From assembly GCF_000981785.2 (NCBI RefSeq), contig NZ_CP011304.1, positions 3,600,001 to 3,632,000 on the forward strand: a stretch of DNA of 32,000 nucleotides, given 5' to 3'. The notes under the pieces are model-generated. The model saw only the letters and a program-made list of their open reading frames with translations. It was not told where the DNA came from and did not search any database. Below, one piece after another: positions 20,598 to 26,429 of this stretch (its first letter is position 1; each line of letters opens with the position of its first letter). This DNA is from Microcystis aeruginosa NIES-2549. GTDB lineage: Bacteria; Cyanobacteriota; Cyanobacteriia; Cyanobacteriales; Microcystaceae. The translations under genes and the position numbers were made by a program.

Positions 20598-21116
20598 TTA
20601 TTTATCTCCTTTAGATGAAAGTTTACGAACCAATTCAGGAAACCGCGTATAAAGAGAAAGTTTGAGATTATAAGTTAAATTCTTCCACTCTTTTTCTTGT
20701 GCATAATTACCTACTTGATCAGGATTAGCAAAATAGGCATAAGATTTGGTGATGTCGTCAGCATAAAAAACAAGCCATTTTTTACCCGAATTATCAACTT
20801 CTTCTCTATTAGTGATTTCTAGCTTATTTTCTAGCATTTTTTTTGCTTGTTCGTAGATAAAGTAATTATCAGGATTGTGATATAGCCTTGCTTGAACACT
20901 AATTTTCTTTTCATCTCCTAATGTCGCATAATAACTAAAAGCAACAGGATCATCTACTTTTTCTATTAATTTACTTACCTCACGTTCTGCATCTTCTGGC
21001 TTCATTAATTTTTTAGCAGTACTTTCTAAAGATTGGGCAAAAGCGTAAGTTAATCCTGTCAATGCGGCCACGTCTTCATATAATTTTGCCCGTTTCCAAA
21101 GTGAATCGATAGTCAT
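20598..21116 (-). CDS. Candidate internally translated small subunit (Cas11-like), in frame within the large-subunit gene
   Basis: In-frame ATG at 21116..21114 preceded by AAGGAG (21127..21122) with a 5-nt spacer. It would give the 172-aa helical C-terminal product MTIDSLWKRAKLYEDV..SSKGDK. Confidence 0.45.
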   Translation of the reverse strand: MTIDSLWKRAKLYEDVAALTGLTYAFAQSLESTAKKLMKPEDAEREVSKLIEKVDDPVAFSYYATLGDEKKISVQARLYHNPDNYFIYEQAKKMLENKLEITNREEVDNSGKKWLVFYADDITKSYAYFANPDQVGNYAQEKEWKNLTYNLKLSLYTRFPELVRKLSSKGDK

Positions 21117-23129
21117 AGTTTCTCCTTGAATATCTTGGATGATGGTTTGCAAATATTGTTCCCTAACTCGTTCCAATAATAAACGGTCAGAAATACTGGA
21201 AGCTTTAAGTAATGTATAGTCTGCTAAGTAGGGTGAATCTTGTTGTACATAACGAATCGCATCTCCTAGTTTAAGGTTAATATCTTTCCCACTGACGATA
21301 ATTGATTGATCATAACCTTCTATCAAACCTTTAATAAATATTAATTGACGGCTTACTAAAACTTTTTCTGTTCTTTGAAGCTGAAGAACAAATTTAAAAT
21401 CTTTAATAACCTCTAAGGGAAAAATCGAGGCAACTTTTGCTAAAGCATATTGAAACTGTCCTAGTTTTTTTGAAGCGGTATCTCCTGTGATTGTTTTTTC
21501 AGAAGTTAGGGCAATGTAACAACCCGAAGATAAATGTACTTCTTTATTGGTTAGCATTCGCAAGTAGTCTTTGATTTTAACTTTCGTTACACCTCTATCA
21601 TCTTGAGATTCAAGTCGTAAGATAATACTATCATCCGTTACTTTTAAGGGGGAGGCAAACGATAATACAGAACAAGAAGAGCAAATGAAAGGTCTATCTT
21701 CACTAGAGGATGATTGACGACGTTGAGACGGTCGCTCGAACATAAATCTAGCTACTCTCCATCGCACAGTTTTAGCATCTAAAGTTACTCCGCAAGAGTA
21801 ACAAAAATCTTTACCATCGTCTCCCGCTGTCCTTGCTGCTAAAATTTTTGGGTTAATCGTTAAAAGCGGTTCTGGAATGGTTTCGAGTTTTGGATTTTCT
21901 AACAAACGATACATCTCTAATATACATTGAGTGAAAATATCGCCACGAGTCGAGTTAATTTGTTCTGTGGCAGTTTTGTTAAAAGATTTAGCGATCGCCT
22001 GAATTGGCTTCAATAGATCTGTTTGTTTTTGTTTTTCTATAAACTCAAACGGATTTCCGTCTGATTCTTCTAGAAATCTCTGCTTCTCCTCGATCGAATC
22101 TTCCTGAAAAATAATTTGTGACTCTATTTTATCCTTTTGCTTCTGTAATTTGCTAACTTGAGCTTTTGACAAACCAGTTTTTCCTAACTGCTCATCAAGG
22201 TTTCTTCTTTCATGATAAATAGCTCGTTGCTCATCTAATAATTTAGACAAAACTTTCTGAAAATAATCTCTATATTTATTAAACTCTTTAGCTTGCATTT
22301 CCTGCTTGCTTTTTAGCTTCTTTTCAGTGGACTCTAAATCTTTCGAGTTAAGTTCTTCGGATTTAATTTGCTCAATAAGTTGAACGATCTCAGTCTCACG
22401 CTTCTCTTGGCGATCCTTTACTTGCTCGAAAATAGCTAAATAAAAAGCCGCTAACACCTTGGCTTGATCTCTGGTAATTATCGGAATTTCTAGGGTGCTA
22501 AAACCTCGTCCCGCTAAGGGAACACTTTTTAGCATTGTGATAAAAGTTTGCATTAATCCTGATAGCTGATATTGAAAATCACCATAGATAGAAAAAATAA
22601 CTTTCGTGATAAATTCTATCCAAAGCTCCTCTATATTATGTGATTGTTGAGTTTGTGGAATAAAAATCTGCACATGGTAATTACTTTCATGCAGGGAAAC
22701 AATCTGATATTTTTTTTGCAAAAACTCTAAAAACCGATCAATCGTGCTTTCATGAGTTAATTTTGCTTGTAGCTCTCCCGGTGACGGTGATTTGTACACA
22801 AGCTGTATTTCACCTATCTCTCGTTCTCGATAAAAAACTTGATTCCCTTGAAACGTGGGTTTAATGAACTCGCTTTCTTTTTGAGGTTGAGAAAGTCGTA
22901 ACTGTCTAACCAATTTAGGACAATCAAAAGTTTTGGCGATCGCTATCGCTCTTGGATCGTCAGCTAAAGCGGAAATCAATGTCGAGTCGGTTTGAGCGAT
23001 CGCATTTGCGGTCAAAGCACTCAATAAGATAGTAATTTCAAGTTCGCTAATTTCTTCCGAAGTCGTAACCGCTTTTGTATCTTGCTCTGGAGAAACATTC
23101 TCGAAAAGTGAAAGTTGTTTAATCGACAT
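20598..23129 (-). CDS. cas10d: Type I large subunit, Cas10d/Csc3-like or Cas8-like, lacking an HD domain
   Basis: 843 aa, first large gene of the effector operon. It has a zinc-finger-like CYSCG..(about 40 aa)..CSSCS. There are only 7 His and no His-Asp dipeptide, and no GGDD motif. It carries a K/E/Q-rich coiled-coil segment. The call rests on position and size. Confidence 0.6.
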   Translation of the reverse strand: MSIKQLSLFENVSPEQDTKAVTTSEEISELEITILLSALTANAIAQTDSTLISALADDPRAIAIAKTFDCPKLVRQLRLSQPQKESEFIKPTFQGNQVFYREREIGEIQLVYKSPSPGELQAKLTHESTIDRFLEFLQKKYQIVSLHESNYHVQIFIPQTQQSHNIEELWIEFITKVIFSIYGDFQYQLSGLMQTFITMLKSVPLAGRGFSTLEIPIITRDQAKVLAAFYLAIFEQVKDRQEKRETEIVQLIEQIKSEELNSKDLESTEKKLKSKQEMQAKEFNKYRDYFQKVLSKLLDEQRAIYHERRNLDEQLGKTGLSKAQVSKLQKQKDKIESQIIFQEDSIEEKQRFLEESDGNPFEFIEKQKQTDLLKPIQAIAKSFNKTATEQINSTRGDIFTQCILEMYRLLENPKLETIPEPLLTINPKILAARTAGDDGKDFCYSCGVTLDAKTVRWRVARFMFERPSQRRQSSSSEDRPFICSSCSVLSFASPLKVTDDSIILRLESQDDRGVTKVKIKDYLRMLTNKEVHLSSGCYIALTSEKTITGDTASKKLGQFQYALAKVASIFPLEVIKDFKFVLQLQRTEKVLVSRQLIFIKGLIEGYDQSIIVSGKDINLKLGDAIRYVQQDSPYLADYTLLKASSISDRLLLERVREQYLQTIIQDIQGETMTIDSLWKRAKLYEDVAALTGLTYAFAQSLESTAKKLMKPEDAEREVSKLIEKVDDPVAFSYYATLGDEKKISVQARLYHNPDNYFIYEQAKKMLENKLEITNREEVDNSGKKWLVFYADDITKSYAYFANPDQVGNYAQEKEWKNLTYNLKLSLYTRFPELVRKLSSKGDK

Positions 23130-23216
23130 AGTGCTGTCCTTCCTTGATTTCTTGTCTTGAGGGAGTAGGCTGAAAAGTGCCTACTTCCGCTCTCTAGAGG
23201 CGTTATTGCCAGGATT

Positions 23217-23360
23217 CTAGGTTAAATCAGCGAAAATTCTGACTTCGCCTTCAGAATCCAAGACTGGAGACTGCCTCAGTTCTTTGATTTGGCACTGAAG
23301 AAGCTCGATTTGGTCTTGAATAATTTCGATTTGCTGGTGAATATCGTCAACATTAGGCAT
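23217..23360 (-). CDS. Small 47-aa coiled-coil protein, first ORF of the cas transcription unit
   Basis: ATG 23360 is preceded by GGGAGG with a 6-nt spacer. The product is MPNVDDIHQQIEIIQDQIELLQCQIKELRQSPVLDSEGEVRIFADLT, with heptad-like I/L spacing. The longer track ORF (start 23426) lacks an SD. Confidence 0.5.
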   Translation of the reverse strand: MPNVDDIHQQIEIIQDQIELLQCQIKELRQSPVLDSEGEVRIFADLT

Positions 23361-23473
23361 TACTGACCTCCCTTGTATTTTTATTGACGTGGGTATCCAT
23401 CTGGGGTCAGCTTTGCTATAATGCAAGTACAGAAATTTTTGTATAGATAGCCGACCCCAAAACGGCTTCTTTT

Positions 23474-23502
23474 AATATAGATCACTGTTCACGTCGTTAC
23501 AA
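23474..23502 (-). promoter_or_regulatory. Candidate cas operon promoter (-35 TTGTAA 23502..23497, 17-nt spacer, -10 TATATT 23479..23474)
   Basis: This is the best sigma70-like hexamer pair on the minus strand upstream of the small ORF and large-subunit gene. It is a motif-based prediction only. Confidence 0.35.
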
Positions 23503-23543
23503 GTGCGAGGCTAAAAAAGCCAATTATTCTCTTAAGCATATCA

Positions 23544-23552
23544 TGGTAAGAT
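23544..23552 (+). promoter_or_regulatory. Candidate extended -10 (TGGTAAGAT) for the mini-CRISPR RNA
   Basis: A TGN plus -10-like hexamer ending about 4 nt before psiR1. A second extended -10, TGCTATAAT, lies at 23414-23422. No good -35 was seen for either. Confidence 0.25.
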
Positions 23553-23555
23553 AAT

Positions 23556-23652
23556 CGATCACTGAACCCCTGATACTAAGAGGGATTGAAACGTCACGAG
23601 TGGTGAGGCTACTGTTTAGCCTTTTCATCGAATCCCTATTAGGGATTGAAGC
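23556..23652 (+). ncRNA. Degenerate mini-CRISPR (psiR1 - short psi-spacer - psiR2); candidate CreR/CreA-like regulatory crRNA-like RNA
   Basis: 23581-23592 AGGGATTGAAAC equals the last 12 nt of the crRNA-sense repeat. 23631-23652 AATCCCTATTAGGGATTGAAGC matches 20/22 nt of the repeat's 3' half. Both copies retain a hairpin. The orientation is opposite to the main array. Confidence 0.55.
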
Positions 23653-23653
23653 C

Positions 23654-23712
23654 AGACAGGGCAATATGCGATCTTTGTCTATGAGGTTGTCCATGCTACT
23701 CTGTCTTTTTTT
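23654..23712 (+). terminator. Candidate intrinsic terminator downstream of the mini-CRISPR
   Basis: AGACAGGG (23654-23661) pairs with CTCTGTCT (23699-23706), including one G-U, and is followed by T6 (23707-23712). The loop is long (37 nt), so confidence is moderate. Confidence 0.35.
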
Positions 23713-23893
23713 GTTCACTCCAAATATCTGCCGTTTTAGATCGCCCGAACTCCCCACAACGATGTGGCGGTGACACCATATCGTCAGTGGTATATCCTCC
23801 TCATTTCCTCTTACCATAGCTTTTTGAGATCATTTATCATTACAATATAGGCATCGTAGCACAAATATTCTAAAACTACAAGTACATTTTCAG

Positions 23894-24751
23894 GTGAACC
23901 GCAAAAAAGAAACAATTACACTGTCAATCCCTCCCGGCACGAAGGAGAAGCTAGAGGCGATCGCCCGACACTTTAACATCTTTTGGGGGAAAAGTCCTAG
24001 TCCGTCAGGTCTAATCGCCGCCATCGCCGAAGGAGAACTGGAGATCGGTGAATCTTTTACCCTCTCGACGAAGCAGGTCGAAGCGATTAAGGAAGCGATC
24101 AACCGTCTGGTGCGATCGGGTCACATCAAACAGGCCCAGACTCTTTCTAATTTTCTTTTAGAAAAGGGAAATCTCTCCCCTCAAGAGCGTCGGGAGATTT
24201 CCGAACAGGTGAGTCAGTACGATCGCGATTGGCGGCTCGCGGTGGAGAGCTATATCCATGACAGGCAAGCTTTTCGGGTAATGTACAAAGATTCTCAGGG
24301 ACAGACCCTAGAATTTACTGTTCGCTCTGCCGAGATCATGTTTCGGGAAAAAGAATTCTATCTGGATATCTGGTGTGAGGAAACTGAGGGACTGTCAGAA
24401 GAAGATAAAAGAGACTTTCCCGAACTTGTTCACAATCGCTGTCTTAAATTCTCTCGTATTCAAAGCCTGATCCCGATCGAAGAACCATGGCGAGACAGTC
24501 TCGATTTTATAAAAGTACAATTACAATTAGAAAAAGACCTCGTGAAGGCTTATGAAAGGAAGGCAAGGGATATCGACGACCGAGAGGTAAACGGAAAAAG
24601 GATTATAACCCGTAAAGTCTCTAGTCATTTTTGGTTAATTCGGGAGATTTTACCCTATGGAGATCGCTGTATTGTACTTACACCAGAGCCATTACGCAAC
24701 CGGATCAAACAAATGTTATTAAATCTTCATCAACAATACGAATCGGGGTAA
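23894..24751 (+). CDS. RHH-WYL domain transcriptional regulator, divergent from the cas operon (Sll7009-like CRISPR regulator class)
   Basis: 285 aa with a GTG start. The N-terminal ETITLSIPPGTKEKLEAIARHF looks like ribbon-helix-helix. The central ..FRVMYKD..EFTVRSAEIMFREKEFYLDIWC..RCLKFSRIQS.. fits the WYL pattern. The C-terminal ..ILPYGDRCIVLTPEPLRNRI.. is WCX-like. Confidence 0.7.
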   Translation: MNRKKETITLSIPPGTKEKLEAIARHFNIFWGKSPSPSGLIAAIAEGELEIGESFTLSTKQVEAIKEAINRLVRSGHIKQAQTLSNFLLEKGNLSPQERREISEQVSQYDRDWRLAVESYIHDRQAFRVMYKDSQGQTLEFTVRSAEIMFREKEFYLDIWCEETEGLSEEDKRDFPELVHNRCLKFSRIQSLIPIEEPWRDSLDFIKVQLQLEKDLVKAYERKARDIDDREVNGKRIITRKVSSHFWLIREILPYGDRCIVLTPEPLRNRIKQMLLNLHQQYESG

Positions 24752-24859
24752 AATGTGCGATCACTGGTCACAAGAATCGGTTATATAGCGGTATGCACTT
24801 GCATGAGGTACAATAGAAGAGGACAATAAATTATAGACCTAGGCAGGAGCCACGACCCG

Positions 24860-25222
24860 ATGAAGCCCTATTCTTTAGACTTGCGACAAAAGATCATCGA
24901 GACCTACGAGGAGAATAACCTCTCACAACGTGAGTTAGCCAAAAGATTTAGAGTAACTTTAAGCTTTATCCAGAAACTAATCAAGCAGTGGCGTGAAACA
25001 GGAAATCTAAATCCCCGACCGCATGGTGGAGGACAAAAACTCAAGCTTAAGAGCGACGAAATTATCTTGCTGGGCGATTTAGTCCAAGAAAAGAAAGATG
25101 CCACCTTAGACGAGTTAAGAAAACAAATTGAGGAAAAAACACAGACGGTGGTGAGTAACTCAACAATCAGTAGAATTTTAAAACGGCTAAATTTAACTCA
25201 AAAAAAAAAGCTTACACGCTAG
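24860..25222 (+). CDS. IS630 transposase, N-terminal HTH part (orfA)
   Basis: 120 aa. MKPYSLDLRQKIIETYEENNLSQRELAKRF.. is a typical IS630 HTH. It ends just after an A10 tract (25200-25209). Confidence 0.85.
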   Translation: MKPYSLDLRQKIIETYEENNLSQRELAKRFRVTLSFIQKLIKQWRETGNLNPRPHGGGQKLKLKSDEIILLGDLVQEKKDATLDELRKQIEEKTQTVVSNSTISRILKRLNLTQKKKLTR

Positions 25223-25826
25223 GGAAAGAGACACGGAAAGAGTGCAAAAATTAAGAGAAGAATATTGGGAGAAAATCCGAGATGTTAGAGCGGAAGATTT
25301 GGTTTTCGTTGACGAGTCTGGCTCTAATCTAGGGATGACAAGACTTTATGGCAGGGCTGAAAAAGGTCAGAGAGTGTATGATTCAGTTCCGTTAAACCGA
25401 GGAAAAAACGTCACGATAATTGGAGCGATAGCGCTCAAAGGCTTGCTGGCTTTTATCAATGTATTTGGAGCCGCAAATGGTTTAATATTTGAAGCATTTA
25501 TTGCTACATTATTAGTTCCAAACTTGTGGAAAGGAGCTTGTGTATTAATGGATAATGCTTCGATTCATCAAAAAGAAACCCTCGAACCAATTCTTCAAGA
25601 AGTCGGTGCTAGACTGAAGTTTTTACCTCCCTATTCTCCCGATTTTTCTCCCATTGAAAACTGTTGGTCGAAAGTGAAAATACTGATTCGTTCTATGTCA
25701 CCTCGTACCTATGCTGATCTAGAAAAAGCGATCGTTCAAGCCTTTAGTCAGATTACATTGCGAGACATCCATCACTGGTTTACCCATTGTTGCTATTGCG
25801 ATACCCCTTTTAAAGAGCCTACCTAG
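25197..25826 (+). CDS. IS630 transposase, DDE catalytic part (orfB), in the +1 frame relative to orfA
   Basis: The frame is open from 25197 (LKKKSLHARERDTE..). Motifs are DESG, MDNASIHQ and LPPYSPDFSPIENCW. Deleting one A from the A10 tract would fuse orfA and orfB (..LTQKKSLHA..). Confidence 0.8.
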   Translation, partial: LKKKSLHARERDTERVQKLREEYWEKIRDVRAEDLVFVDESGSNLGMTRLYGRAEKGQRVYDSVPLNRGKNVTIIGAIALKGLLAFINVFGAANGLIFEAFIATLLVPNLWKGACVLMDNASIHQKETLEPILQEVGARLKFLPPYSPDFSPIENCWSKVKILIRSMSPRTYADLEKAIVQAFSQITLRDIHHWFTHCCYCDTPFKEPT

Positions 25827-25956
25827 TCATCCATGCTGTACCTCATTCAACTGAAACCCGCTATATCTCGACAAAATACTCTAGAACAAGGATGATGGTA
25901 TGTGATATAATTTGCTCTTGCTTTCAACTACATATTTAAGTAATTTTGTCAAGAAA

Positions 25957-26340
25957 ATGAGCGAATTAAAATCCCAAATCACAGCTATTGATAATCAACT
26001 TTCCAAACGTCCGATCGCTCTCGATCCCGCAGGATATTTTATTATTTATCTAGACCGAGAAGCAGGGTTAATCTGTGCCAAACATTACAGCAATATTATC
26101 AACGAAAAAGGTTTAGCCGTCGATCCAGAAACGGGAAAAGTTATCGGTGTTAGGCAAAAACTTGATCGTAATCCTGAGACTATTTACACCGCCAGAACTG
26201 CCAAAGAATTAGCCGTCAAAGTGATCGAAGAAACCCAACCTTGTCCGATTACTATGTTCGATCATGCTGCTTATTTAGGTCGAGAATTTACCCGCGCTGA
26301 ATACGCTTTAATCACCGGGGAAGAATATATTCAGGATTAA
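25957..26340 (+). CDS. Conserved cyanobacterial hypothetical protein (DUF4346-like)
   Basis: 127 aa from ATG 25957 (MSELKSQ..LDPAGYFIIYLDREAGLI..). The family name is from memory and was not verified. The track's TTG start at 25912 is less likely. Confidence 0.5.
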   Translation: MSELKSQITAIDNQLSKRPIALDPAGYFIIYLDREAGLICAKHYSNIINEKGLAVDPETGKVIGVRQKLDRNPETIYTARTAKELAVKVIEETQPCPITMFDHAAYLGREFTRAEYALITGEEYIQD

Positions 26341-26429
26341 AGATTGGGCTTTTCAGTGTTGCCAAAGGCACGGCGTAGCCGTCCAGTAAACAGTAATACT
26401 AAATCCGTTGAGTATAGGCTACATATCAG

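Larger units (their letters stand above)
24784..25864 (+). mobile_element. IS630/Tc1-mariner-family insertion sequence
   Basis: Terminal IRs TATAGCGGTATGCACTTGCATGAGGTACA (24784-24812) and TGTACCTCATTCAACTGAAACCCGCTATA (25836-25864), embedded in TA-rich junctions. It contains a two-part transposase. Confidence 0.85.

Noticed and set aside
20598-23129. Possibility that the large subunit is a type III Cas10
   Set aside because: It has no HD and no GGDD cyclase motif. Cas3, Cas5 and a single Cas7 accompany it, with no Csm/Cmr-type subunits. It is type I.
23361-23426. N-terminal 22-codon extension of the small coiled-coil ORF (MHYSKADPRWIPTSIKIQGRSV)
   Set aside because: The internal ATG at 23360 has a strong GGGAGG SD, whereas the upstream ATG has none.
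23524-23817. 97-aa minus-strand ORF covering the mini-CRISPR region
   Set aside because: It has no SD and no motifs. It is antisense to a region better explained by the repeat-like RNA unit and its terminator. A small toxin ORF here cannot be fully excluded.
23890-25104. ORFs 23890-24102 (-), 24631-24816 (+) and 24904-25104 (-)
   Set aside because: They are antisense to, or out of frame with, the WYL regulator and the IS630 orfA.
25912-25956. TTG-initiated 15-codon extension of the DUF4346-like ORF
   Set aside because: The ATG at 25957 (MSELKSQ) is a more plausible start, and the extension is hydrophobic junk next to the IS630 end.
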